This document shows, piece by piece, positions 1 to 8,782 of a stretch of 53,640 nucleotides of DNA; position 1 is the first letter of the stretch; each line of letters begins with the position of its first letter. Source of the DNA: a virus (taxonomy: Duplodnaviria; Caudoviricetes); IMG/VR virus record IMGVR_UViG_3300022751_000002, positions 1-53,640 of that record. One strand, given 5' to 3'. A program made the translations under genes and the position numbers. Under the pieces are notes generated by a model. It searched no databases, was not told where the DNA came from, and worked only from the letters and a program-made list of their open reading frames with translations.

Positions 1-127
1 AAAAAAATTATCACAATCGCAATATTATTAATTATCACATTTGCTTCTGCTCAAAAAACTAGCAAAAAAGAAATTGAGCAAATTATTAAAGATCAATCTG
101 ATGGTGTTTATAATAATACTGCATCGG
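1..127. repeat. 127-bp terminal overlap (identical to 53514-53640); circular assembly
   Basis: Exact identity of both ends; 127 is a common assembler k-mer size. Confidence 0.95.
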
Positions 128-678
128 CAACAAAAACAGTTTATTCCGATGGTAAAGCAGTTATTTCTACCGTTTACAAAGACGCGAAAGATTTAGCTCC
201 TAAAATTAGCCAGGGCATAAATGAAATAGCAAAAGGCTTAAAGATTGGTGCGGAATCCGTTTGGCATATTTTGGTTAAGCAGCAATTAGTTTGGTCAATT
301 TGCTTTCTAATCCTTACAATTGCTTCTATATTTAATTGGTGTATGTTTTACAAAAGGCATTTAACATCGAAACTTACTGAAGAAAATTTTGTAAAAGGTT
401 TTGAAGATATAATTGGAGAGGTTGAAAATCCAAATTATGATAGATACGGTCATAGTTCTAGGCTAGAAAAATATATTAATGGTCCGATTGGAAAAAGAGA
501 AATATTGATGCCTATTGAAAATAAAAATAATGGTTGGTTTGGAAGATTTCATTTTGCAGTTTGTGTTTTACTTTCAGCATTCAGCGCATACCATTTTGGT
601 GATATGCTAACAGGTTTTTTAAATCCGGAATACGGCGCAATGAAAGATATTTTATTTGTTGCTTTAAAATTAAAATAA
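1..678 (+). CDS. Membrane protein with signal peptide (226 aa), starts at ATG 53511 across the origin
   Basis: Frame open from ATG 53511 (MKKIITIAILLIITFASAQ) through ORF 271..678; two hydrophobic segments. Confidence 0.8.
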   Translation, partial: KKIITIAILLIITFASAQKTSKKEIEQIIKDQSDGVYNNTASATKTVYSDGKAVISTVYKDAKDLAPKISQGINEIAKGLKIGAESVWHILVKQQLVWSICFLILTIASIFNWCMFYKRHLTSKLTEENFVKGFEDIIGEVENPNYDRYGHSSRLEKYINGPIGKREILMPIENKNNGWFGRFHFAVCVLLSAFSAYHFGDMLTGFLNPEYGAMKDILFVALKLK

Positions 679-683
679 ACATC

Positions 684-869
684 ATGGCACGTTTTATAAG
701 TTTATCGCCCACAATACCTGTACCCGATCAGATTTTAATAATTGAGCATTGGAAACACAAGCCAAACAACACTATCGCGAATTTGTCTGAAACATTCCAT
801 TACAGCCAACATAAAATAAATCATTTGATTAACGAATATTTAAAATCAAAACCATCCAATGGCAAATAA
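684..869 (+). CDS. Small HTH-like protein
   Basis: TIANLSETFHYSQHKINHLINEYL resembles an HTH. Confidence 0.5.
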   Translation: MARFISLSPTIPVPDQILIIEHWKHKPNNTIANLSETFHYSQHKINHLINEYLKSKPSNGK

Positions 870-1035
870 ATCAGAAATTCAGGAAAGAATCAATAATTAC
901 GAAGAAAAGTTGATCGAATATAAATCAGGCTTTAAATTTAAGCATCGTATTCCGGCAACCGAAAGCCTTTTAGCTTTTTGGAAAGGTCAATTGGCAAAGC
1001 AACAAAGAATCGATAACCGCGTTGCAAATGCTTAA
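859..1035 (+). CDS. Hypothetical protein (58 aa, not in ORF track)
   Basis: ATG 859 to TAA 1035, overlaps both neighbours. Confidence 0.6.
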   Translation: MANKSEIQERINNYEEKLIEYKSGFKFKHRIPATESLLAFWKGQLAKQQRIDNRVANA

Positions 1036-1228
1036 TCCTGAAATAACATATCATCGTAAAAACAAAATACTTTATGATTCATCCGGAAACGATGTTGTAA
1101 AGTTCAAAGAAATTACAGCCGATGCGGAAAACCTAACCGGTGTTTTAGTTGAAAACATGAATAAATACATCGCATGTTATCCGGAGCGAATAGAAATTAT
1201 AGAAAAACAACAATTAACTTTATTTTAA
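1028..1228 (+). CDS. Hypothetical protein with C-terminal QLTLF
   Basis: ORF; clamp-binding-like tail. Confidence 0.65.
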   Translation: MLNPEITYHRKNKILYDSSGNDVVKFKEITADAENLTGVLVENMNKYIACYPERIEIIEKQQLTLF

Positions 1229-1233
1229 AAATT

Positions 1234-2397
1234 ATGAAAAAAGCAATTGCAATGCGCTGCACTAGAGAACAATTTGAAGCTATCGCTCCGATATTAAATA
1301 AAAACAAATTATCAGTTACCGGTATTGGTGATTTTGATATTTATAAATACCTAACAAATAATATTGAATGTTCAGGCAAAATCTCAAATATAACCAAAAC
1401 CGCTTCTAGAAAAAACATTTATGAACATTACGGAACATGGAACGAAAATATATTCCTTGATGCCTGTGGAATTAAAATCGAAAAACCAATCAGAACTAAC
1501 AAACTAACCGAACTCGAAAAACGTGTTGCGATTTTGGAACATAAAGTTGATTTGAAAAAGATTGCTGATATGCCGTTTAATCCTGAATTAAAGCAACCAT
1601 TTTCAGGAAAAAAATACGAATATATATTAAAAGCAATCAAAGATGGTAAAATTGTAATTCCTAAAACCACAAACATTATCGAGGAATTTAAAAATCACAA
1701 ACCTATGAGTTTGAATTTCGGTTTAGACTTTGGATATGGATTTATGCAACCCCATATTTCAGATTCATTAGGTATTTACGATCAATATTTGTCATTAAAA
1801 CAGGAAAACAACAAACTAAAACTTCGCATCGAAGAATTAGAAGCCGAAAACAAAGCTATTTTATCCGCTCCAAATTCTGCTGCAATCAGTTTTACTGCAT
1901 CATCTACTTTTGATTTTAAAGATATGCCAATCGCAGGAACCGATGTTAAAGAGTTGGAAGTCGGAAAGTGGTATAAAAATAAAGATCATGGATACGAAAA
2001 TGTTTTAGGGCATTGTTCTAAAATAATCATGCATGATGAATTTTATGGATATGGATTTGATACGGAAGGAAATTGGAATAACTATCAAGAAGAACAAGAA
2101 TTTGGTTCTAATGACAATTGGAGAGAAGCCACCGAACAAGAAGTAACCGAAGCTTTGACTAAAGAGGCGGTTAAGAGAGGGTTTAAAGAAGGTGTCGCTG
2201 TTGAATATCCGTGGTTTTCACAATTAAACAAACAGCATAATATTTATACTCCTGACTTTAAAGAAGAAAGTGTATTAGAGAACGAACGATTTTTATATTT
2301 AGGATGTTGCGTTTTTTGCGGTGGTCAATGGGCTGAAATAATCCCAACAATCTCCAAAGAAGATGCTGAAAAAGAATTGGGTAAAAAAATAATTTAA
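1234..2397 (+). CDS. Mosaic hypothetical protein with coiled coils and terminase-like motifs
   Basis: ATG 1234 in aaaattATG context; FGLDFGY motif. Confidence 0.75.
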   Translation: MKKAIAMRCTREQFEAIAPILNKNKLSVTGIGDFDIYKYLTNNIECSGKISNITKTASRKNIYEHYGTWNENIFLDACGIKIEKPIRTNKLTELEKRVAILEHKVDLKKIADMPFNPELKQPFSGKKYEYILKAIKDGKIVIPKTTNIIEEFKNHKPMSLNFGLDFGYGFMQPHISDSLGIYDQYLSLKQENNKLKLRIEELEAENKAILSAPNSAAISFTASSTFDFKDMPIAGTDVKELEVGKWYKNKDHGYENVLGHCSKIIMHDEFYGYGFDTEGNWNNYQEEQEFGSNDNWREATEQEVTEALTKEAVKRGFKEGVAVEYPWFSQLNKQHNIYTPDFKEESVLENERFLYLGCCVFCGGQWAEIIPTISKEDAEKELGKKII

Positions 2398-2559
2398 TCA
2401 GTCAAGCGACATAACAACAAAATAGAAATCATGAAATAGCAAATAAAAACCCAGTAATTAAACCATTTTAAAAATAATTAATCAATGCACTTTTTCTTAG
2501 GTTTTAAACTGATAGCTTAATTACAAAACCTCATGCGAAGTATAGTAACATGATTCAAT

Positions 2560-2592
2560 AAAAAACCTCAGCAATAACGTTGAGGTTTTTTT
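2560..2592 (+). terminator. Intrinsic terminator
   Basis: aaaaaacctcagc/gttgaggtttttt + T tract. Confidence 0.8.
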
Positions 2593-2636
2593 ATTTCCAA
2601 AAATGAACGTTTTGTCTCCAAAAACAACCAAAAATT

Positions 2637-2707
2637 ATATAAAACCGTTATAAATAATCCGTTTTTGAATACTTTTTGTACATTTGCTTTAAATTTTAGT
2701 ACATTTA
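2637..2707 (+). promoter_or_regulatory. Degenerate 19-bp box plus TACATTTG/TACATTTA -7 elements
   Basis: ATATAAAACCGTTATAAAT 2637-2655; -7 motifs at 2679 and 2700. Confidence 0.55.
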
Positions 2708-2711
2708 CAAC

Positions 2712-3002
2712 ATGGAAACGAATCAGTATCAAAAAATTGTAGCAAAAGAACTTAACGCTATTTGGTTTTACTATACTAAACAGCAAAAACTAAATCATAT
2801 AAAGCACTTGTTAACCAATTGCAAAAAATATATTGTTCATGAAGTAAATAAGCTTATTGTTTTTAATTGGAAAGATTACTGCCAAGTGATAAATACAGAA
2901 AGCAATACTTTAAAATATTTTGATTCGGAAGAAGAAGCGTTAAATTATTGTCTTGATGCTTTTAAAAATAGTGAATCATCCAAACAAGAAAAATTATTCT
3001 AA
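2712..3002 (+). CDS. Hypothetical protein
   Basis: ORF coupled to next gene (TAATG). Confidence 0.65.
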   Translation: METNQYQKIVAKELNAIWFYYTKQQKLNHIKHLLTNCKKYIVHEVNKLIVFNWKDYCQVINTESNTLKYFDSEEEALNYCLDAFKNSESSKQEKLF

Positions 3003-3586
3003 TGGAAACGAAAAGCATACAAATAGAATTTCTAAATCATAACACAGGACAAATCGAAGGATTGCCAAAAAACCCACGTGTTATAAAAGATTCCAGGTTT
3101 AAAAAATTGGTTCAGTCCATAAAAGAAGATCCTGAAATGCTAGAGCTTCGCGAATTAATCGTTATTCCTTACAAACGCCAATTCGTAGTAATAGCAGGAA
3201 ACCAACGCTTAAAAGCTTGCACAGAATTAGGATATAAAGAAATGATATGTAAAATATTGCCTGCTCAAACATCAATTGATAAGCTAAAAGCAATTACCAT
3301 AAAAGATAATATAAGTTTCGGCCAACACGATTGGGAATCACTTAATTTAGAATGGAATGATTTGCAGCTTTCGAATTGGGGCTTAGATATAGAAAAGAAA
3401 ATTGATCCCATCGGAAATAGTTCAATTGCAAAGAACGAAACCAAAAATACCAAATCCATAATGATTGCTTTTGATATAAATGAATATGATGAAGCCTTTG
3501 CGCTAATCAAGTATTTTAAAGACCGTGGTTATAATATCGGTAGTTCATTAGTACAATTGCTAAAAAAAGAAAAAGAAACGCTTTAA
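3002..3586 (+). CDS. ParB-like N-terminal domain protein
   Basis: KNPR..KLVQSI..VIAGNQRLKAC..KDN motifs; lies upstream of terS. Confidence 0.85.
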   Translation: METKSIQIEFLNHNTGQIEGLPKNPRVIKDSRFKKLVQSIKEDPEMLELRELIVIPYKRQFVVIAGNQRLKACTELGYKEMICKILPAQTSIDKLKAITIKDNISFGQHDWESLNLEWNDLQLSNWGLDIEKKIDPIGNSSIAKNETKNTKSIMIAFDINEYDEAFALIKYFKDRGYNIGSSLVQLLKKEKETL

Positions 3587-3598
3587 AACGTAATTAAA

Positions 3599-4021
3599 AT
3601 GGCTTATACTAAAAGACAATTATATAAAAAAGCATTGGAAGTTGCTGATAAAGAGCAATGCTTCTTCATTGAAGAGGTTTGTTGTAAGATACCGTGTTCT
3701 AAGACTTTATTTTATGAAAGATTCCCTATTGGCTCAAACGAAATGAACGAGGTAAAGAGAATAATTGCTAACAACCGAGTTAAGACCACAGGAACAATGA
3801 TTCGAAAATGGGTAACGTCTGAGGCACCTGCTTTACAAATTGGAGCAATGAAGATACTTGGTACTAAAAAACAGGCTCACGCATTAAACGGTTCTAAACA
3901 AGAAACAACGCTTAAAGGCGATAAAGATCATCCGATTGAATTCAATGATGAGGTTTCAAGAAATAAACTTATTGCTGAACTTACAAAAGAGTTGGCAGAA
4001 TCAGGAATTAAAGTAGAATAA
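3599..4021 (+). CDS. terS: Terminase small subunit (putative)
   Basis: N-terminal HTH (FFIEEVCCKIPCSKTLFY), C-terminal LKGDKDHPI; position. Confidence 0.7.
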   Translation: MAYTKRQLYKKALEVADKEQCFFIEEVCCKIPCSKTLFYERFPIGSNEMNEVKRIIANNRVKTTGTMIRKWVTSEAPALQIGAMKILGTKKQAHALNGSKQETTLKGDKDHPIEFNDEVSRNKLIAELTKELAESGIKVE

Positions 4022-4022
4022 T

Positions 4023-4205
4023 ATGTTTAGAGATAAAAAATTACTCGAAAAAAGATATGATTACGTTATGAAATACATAAACGATAATCAATCTAAAAAA
4101 ATGGGCGTTATAGTTGAAGAATTATCGAACTCATTGTTTTTAACCGAAAGAACAATTTATGCTATAATTGATAAGGCTAACGGGCCAAAAAGAATAAAAA
4201 AGTAA
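4023..4205 (+). CDS. Small HTH DNA-binding protein
   Basis: VEELSNSLFLTERTIYAII. Confidence 0.6.
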   Translation: MFRDKKLLEKRYDYVMKYINDNQSKKMGVIVEELSNSLFLTERTIYAIIDKANGPKRIKK

Positions 4206-4219
4206 AAAATATACAAACT

Positions 4220-4385
4220 AATTTCAGTCTTTGGATGGTTATAATAACCACGGGTAACTCTCAGGGTCGGAAAGGCTTTTTAAATCATTACTCGCTATTG
4301 GGATTGTGAGATCGTTTATTCTGACATATAATAAACAGTAGGGCAGTAGAAAATGTGATCGGTTCGCGTTACGGTAATTGAAATT
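4220..4385 (+). ncRNA. Candidate multi-branched structured ncRNA
   Basis: GC-richer intergenic island closed by aatttcagt/attgaaatt with several internal stems. Confidence 0.5.
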
Positions 4386-4476
4386 TTTATTAGGACTTTC
4401 TTAAAAAAATTATCGTTATAAAAAATACATGTGAATGAGATTGAAATTAAGTGTATGTTTTATTAAAAAAATAATC

Positions 4477-4689
4477 ATGGAAAAAGGAATTATTAAAAGA
4501 GAAGATGTTATTTGCATGGATAATTATAATCGAGATTCGGCAATACTTAAACAAGAAGCAAAGTTTTTGGAATTCATAAATAAAATCACTTTTGGGCTTA
4601 TGGAAAATCATTTGTTATTTCAGTATGATAAATTACTTGAAACATGGGTTAAAAAAATGGACGAACCAGGATATTTTGACAAACCATAA
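4477..4689 (+). CDS. Hypothetical protein
   Basis: ATG 4477 in aatcATG context. Confidence 0.6.
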   Translation: MEKGIIKREDVICMDNYNRDSAILKQEAKFLEFINKITFGLMENHLLFQYDKLLETWVKKMDEPGYFDKP

Positions 4690-4752
4690 TCATTGATTTG
4701 TAAGATAAGTATCGAAAATTACCGGGTTTTGTGTAGGAATTAATAAAATGCT

Positions 4753-5058
4753 ATGAAAAAGACATTAATAATTATGGGAGGATCTCCAAGATGCGGAAAA
4801 GTTCTTTCTGCTCATTTGTTAGCAAATGAAAATTTTCAGGTTGTTTTCGAAAAATCTATTAAGGAACTTGAAGATTTAGGCGTAAATGACGCTTATTATA
4901 GATTCGCACAATCTATACGTGATTTATCATTTAGTTCACAAGAATTAAGTGATTCACTGTTAAAGCTTTCAGAAGCAATAAAACAAAATCCTATTGTTCC
5001 AGATCCGGAACCATCAAAATATTTTTCAAAACCAAAGAATAATTTTAAAAGAAGATAG
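4753..5058 (+). CDS. Small protein with degenerate TerL-like Walker A
   Basis: LIIMGGSPRCGKVLS. Confidence 0.7.
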   Translation: MKKTLIIMGGSPRCGKVLSAHLLANENFQVVFEKSIKELEDLGVNDAYYRFAQSIRDLSFSSQELSDSLLKLSEAIKQNPIVPDPEPSKYFSKPKNNFKRR

Positions 5059-5060
5059 CC

Positions 5061-5249
5061 ATGTTAGAAGTAAAAGAAGGAAAAATATTTGTTGAAGGAG
5101 TTGAAACGATTGATCCGGAATTGATCGGTTTAGCTTTCATGGACTTTGCTGAAAACATTTCAAAGAATAATGTTGATTGCGAACTTCAATTAAAAGACAA
5201 TCATTTCGATAATGATTACGTAGAAATTATATTCATCCCTAAAAATTAA
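5061..5249 (+). CDS. Hypothetical protein
   Basis: ORF in operon. Confidence 0.65.
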   Translation: MLEVKEGKIFVEGVETIDPELIGLAFMDFAENISKNNVDCELQLKDNHFDNDYVEIIFIPKN

Positions 5250-5254
5250 CCATT

Positions 5255-5485
5255 ATGAAAAACCCATTCAAACAATTTGCTGCTTTCATTCAAAAAAAGT
5301 TCAGCAAAAAAGTAGATGAAAAACAAGTTACTGAAGATCTGAAACAAGAAATTGCTTATAACATTCAGCAATATCAATTGATTCAGGAAAAGAAATCTGA
5401 TTTACCACGGTCAAAACGTGATCAGGTTGAAAGAAATATTGCTGAGTATGTTCGATTAGGTCACATAACACTTATGAAAGCATGA
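5255..5485 (+). CDS. Hypothetical protein
   Basis: ORF in operon. Confidence 0.65.
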   Translation: MKNPFKQFAAFIQKKFSKKVDEKQVTEDLKQEIAYNIQQYQLIQEKKSDLPRSKRDQVERNIAEYVRLGHITLMKA

Positions 5486-5592
5486 CAGCATTAGAACGAA
5501 TTGCCATTGTAATGGATTTTTACCATTCGCGTGGTTGCAACAAAGAATCGGTTAATGAACTTTATCGTAAAATAATTAAACGTGACAATTAA
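5482..5592 (+). CDS. Hypothetical protein (36 aa)
   Basis: ATGA-coupled to upstream gene. Confidence 0.55.
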   Translation: MTALERIAIVMDFYHSRGCNKESVNELYRKIIKRDN

Positions 5593-5606
5593 CAGTCACG
5601 TTTTTT
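5578..5606 (+). terminator. Terminator-like hairpin just upstream of terL
   Basis: aaacgtgac/gtcacgttt + T6. Confidence 0.65.
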
Positions 5607-5620
5607 GCATTTAAAATAAT

Positions 5621-7063
5621 ATGGAATTAAAAAGGCTGCTTTTACTTAAAAAACTACTGACCGACAAAAAACACTTTGATCTTCGGCAGTCGCTTAATGA
5701 TCCAAACTCACAACAAAACCCCAATTTTAAGATACTTCAAAAATCTATTAATGAACAGGCTTACAATGATAAAGGCGAATTGGTTGCAGGTTTTCGTGCT
5801 GCTGAATTACCTGGTTCATCACGTTCAGGGAAAACATGGTCCGGAGTTGATATAATCATTTGGCTTTGTTTATTCAAAGAAACGCATTGTACAATAAATA
5901 TTTACCGTGAAACTTACAACGAATTCAAAACAACGCTTTACGATGATTTCAAAAGGCGTTTGGATGATTTTGGTTTAGATAATCCTTTTCACAATGCCAA
6001 AGAAGTAAAAAGCTTTAAGATTGGTAAGAATGTAATTTCGTTTCTTGGTGATGGGAAACATGGTGGTGGTTGTGATTATGCTTTCTTCAATGAAGTTATG
6101 TTTATCGGAAATGCTTTGTTCGATCAGGTCGAAATGCGTTGCAGAAAGTTTTGGTGGGCAGATTATAACCCATCATTCACAGAACATTGGTTTTTCAAAG
6201 TTGCAGATAGACCTGACGTAGTAACATTAAAAACCACTTACAAAGACAATCCGTTTATATCTCCTGGTGAAAAGAATAAAATATTAGGATATGAACCATG
6301 GAAACCCGGAAGTTATATTGTTAAAGGCGATGATGTTTTTTGTTACAATAAAAAAACTGATAAAGTTGAGGTTATAAGCGAAAAGAATCAGCCGCCACCG
6401 CATCCGACAAACATTAAAAACGGAACCGCTGATGAATACATGTGGAAGGTTTACGGTCTTGGTTTACGTGGAGCAATGAAAGGTCAGATCTTTAAAAATG
6501 TTGAGTACATCGATGAATTCCCGGATATAGCTTTTTCTTATGGTTTGGATTTTGGTTTTACCGCCGATCCTTGTACGCTTACCAAATGTGCTGAAGATGA
6601 TCACAATATTTGGATTGAATTACTTTCTTATCATCCAATGGAAACATCGGAAACTGTTAGCGAATATATGGAATCGATCGGAGTTGATAAAGATCTTCCA
6701 ATAAGCGCTGATAGCTCAGATAAATATACTTCTGAGAATAACGGAACTGTTGAAATGGTCCGTGATCTTAGAAAAAAAGGTTGGAAAATATCAAAAGTCA
6801 GCAAAACAAAATCTGTTATGTTTCATTTGCTTGCTATGCGTGAAAAGAAAATTCACATTGTAAACAATCATTTGATTAAATTTGCAAAGACAGAGCAGCA
6901 AAATTATAAGTTGCGAGAGATCAACGGAATATTTATAAATCAGCCTGTTGATAAATTTAATCACATGTGGGATTCATCAAGATACAGACATATGAGCTTT
7001 AAAAGCGTTTTAGTTGAAGAACAAATGAATCAATCAGCACGCCAAGCCGGGGTAAATTATTAA
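5621..7063 (+). CDS. terL: Terminase large subunit (PBSX/SPP1-like)
   Basis: Walker A GSSRSGKT, Walker B YAFFNE, DYNPS, nuclease YGLDFGF and NHMWDSSRY. Confidence 0.95.
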   Translation: MELKRLLLLKKLLTDKKHFDLRQSLNDPNSQQNPNFKILQKSINEQAYNDKGELVAGFRAAELPGSSRSGKTWSGVDIIIWLCLFKETHCTINIYRETYNEFKTTLYDDFKRRLDDFGLDNPFHNAKEVKSFKIGKNVISFLGDGKHGGGCDYAFFNEVMFIGNALFDQVEMRCRKFWWADYNPSFTEHWFFKVADRPDVVTLKTTYKDNPFISPGEKNKILGYEPWKPGSYIVKGDDVFCYNKKTDKVEVISEKNQPPPHPTNIKNGTADEYMWKVYGLGLRGAMKGQIFKNVEYIDEFPDIAFSYGLDFGFTADPCTLTKCAEDDHNIWIELLSYHPMETSETVSEYMESIGVDKDLPISADSSDKYTSENNGTVEMVRDLRKKGWKISKVSKTKSVMFHLLAMREKKIHIVNNHLIKFAKTEQQNYKLREINGIFINQPVDKFNHMWDSSRYRHMSFKSVLVEEQMNQSARQAGVNY

Positions 7064-7081
7064 TTAATATAATAAATAGTT

Positions 7082-8530
7082 ATGGAAAACGAATTGACAG
7101 TTAGCGAAATCATATCAGCTGATTTAACTAAAGCAATTACAACGCTTACTTCTCAATCAAAAGACAAAAAGATCATTGAGAATTACGTAAAAGAATATAC
7201 TAATTTAGATCGTACTATTCGTGATACTCAGGTTGGGAATGTTCAAAAAGATAAAACAATTGGTACAGGCAACAATCAAAGACTTGTTAAGTCAATTCGA
7301 TCACCTGTTAACTATCAAAAAAAGATTGTTACTACATCATGCGCTTTTGAAGTAGGCGAACCCGTTACGCTTTCAACAGCAACAATAAACGATTTGTTTA
7401 ATGAATTGCTTCGTTTATGGAAATCAAATCGTATTGATGATAAATTGCAAAAAGCAAAAACTACACAGAAAAGCCAAACCGAATGCGCTATTCATTTCTT
7501 TATTGCGCCAAAAGCAACAGGAACAAAAGCAACTCAGCCGACAGGAACCAACGAAAAGATTGATATTAAATCTAATGTTTGGACATGGAAAAACGGCTTA
7601 ATGTCACCTTATTTTGATGCTACTAATGACATGAAAGCTTTTACTTGGCAATTCGTCACAAAAAATGCTGAAGGAAAAGACGTAAATAATACCTGGATCT
7701 TCGACGAAACCAATGTTTATAAAATTAGTAATGCATCCGGAACATTGGCTTTGGATGATACCCAATTACATGGATTCGATCGTATTCCAATTGTTTACAT
7801 GGAACAGGAATTCCCTGAATGGTATGATGTTGAAGGATTAATCGACCGTTACGAAGTTGCTTTATCTAAATTGGGAGTTTCAAACGATTATTCCGGTCAT
7901 CCAATACTTTTGACTTATGGAGATTTGAAAGTGCTTCCTGAAATGAATGATGATGGTAAAACAATCAATTTCCCTATTAAGTTCAAAGATGATGATGTAA
8001 ACAAGCCTTATAATGGTGATGCAAAATTCTTAACGAATGACAATGCACCGGAAGCTGTAAAACTTGAAATGGACACCATAAGAGAACTCTTGTTTTCTAT
8101 CACTCAAACACCTGATATATCATTTGAGAAAATGAAAAGTATCGGAGCTATTTCCGGGACCGCTTTAAAACTTATGTTTTTAGACCCAATGATTAAAGCA
8201 AAAATGAATGAGGGCCAAAATAGAACGATTGTAGAGCGAATAATTAATATTTTAATATCAGGAATCACAGGCGCGGTAAATGTTACCTCTAAGGCGCAAA
8301 CTAATGAATTGGTTGTAGATGTTAAGTTTAATTCAATTCTTCCATCCGACACGCTAGAAAACAGTACAATCGCAGCAAACGGATTTACTTCACAAAGTAT
8401 TTCAAGATTGGAACGCGTTAAGTTGTTGGATTTGGTTACTGATGTTGAAGCTGAGGTTTTAAGATTAGCAGAAGAATTTCCGGAAGTCACAACTGAGATT
8501 CCGCCTACTGATCCACCCGCAACCGTTTAA
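7082..8530 (+). CDS. Portal protein, SPP1 gp6-like
   Basis: HGFDRIPIVY, TPDISF, SGTALK motifs; follows terL. Confidence 0.92.
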   Translation: MENELTVSEIISADLTKAITTLTSQSKDKKIIENYVKEYTNLDRTIRDTQVGNVQKDKTIGTGNNQRLVKSIRSPVNYQKKIVTTSCAFEVGEPVTLSTATINDLFNELLRLWKSNRIDDKLQKAKTTQKSQTECAIHFFIAPKATGTKATQPTGTNEKIDIKSNVWTWKNGLMSPYFDATNDMKAFTWQFVTKNAEGKDVNNTWIFDETNVYKISNASGTLALDDTQLHGFDRIPIVYMEQEFPEWYDVEGLIDRYEVALSKLGVSNDYSGHPILLTYGDLKVLPEMNDDGKTINFPIKFKDDDVNKPYNGDAKFLTNDNAPEAVKLEMDTIRELLFSITQTPDISFEKMKSIGAISGTALKLMFLDPMIKAKMNEGQNRTIVERIINILISGITGAVNVTSKAQTNELVVDVKFNSILPSDTLENSTIAANGFTSQSISRLERVKLLDLVTDVEAEVLRLAEEFPEVTTEIPPTDPPATV

Positions 8531-8548
8531 ATACAATACATTTTATAA

Positions 8549-8574
8549 AAAGCCTCGATATTTTTCGGGGCTTT
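8549..8574 (+). terminator. Intrinsic terminator
   Basis: aaagcctcga/tcggggcttt. Confidence 0.7.
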
Positions 8575-8577
8575 GTT

Positions 8578-8661
8578 ATTTATAATCATTATAAATTGAT
8601 GTAAACGAATAAAATATTTGTATAAAATATACATTTGAACCGAAAAAAGGATTTATATTTG
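8578..8661 (+). promoter_or_regulatory. Promoter cassette: perfect 19-bp box, TGTATA-N3-TATACA operator, two -7 elements
   Basis: ATTTATAATCATTATAAAT 8578-8596; operator 8619-8633; TACATTTG 8630, TATATTTG 8654. Confidence 0.75.
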
Positions 8662-8715
8662 TTGAACCGAAATTTAGTAATTAATTTATTTGATTATTAT
8701 TTTATTGGTGGTGGG

Positions 8716-8750
8716 AAAATGGTTGTGAAGTATAGTAGCAACCATTTTTT
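8716..8750 (+). terminator. Hairpin/terminator ending a candidate short RNA
   Basis: aaaatggttg/caaccatttt + T tract. Confidence 0.6.
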
Positions 8751-8782
8751 AAAAACGAATATAAACTTTAAATATAAATACC

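Noticed and set aside
2400-2556. Long AT-rich hairpin (gtaattaa/ttaattac; aatcatg/catgatt) and MK* mini-ORF
   Set aside because: Such pairing is expected by chance at this AT content.
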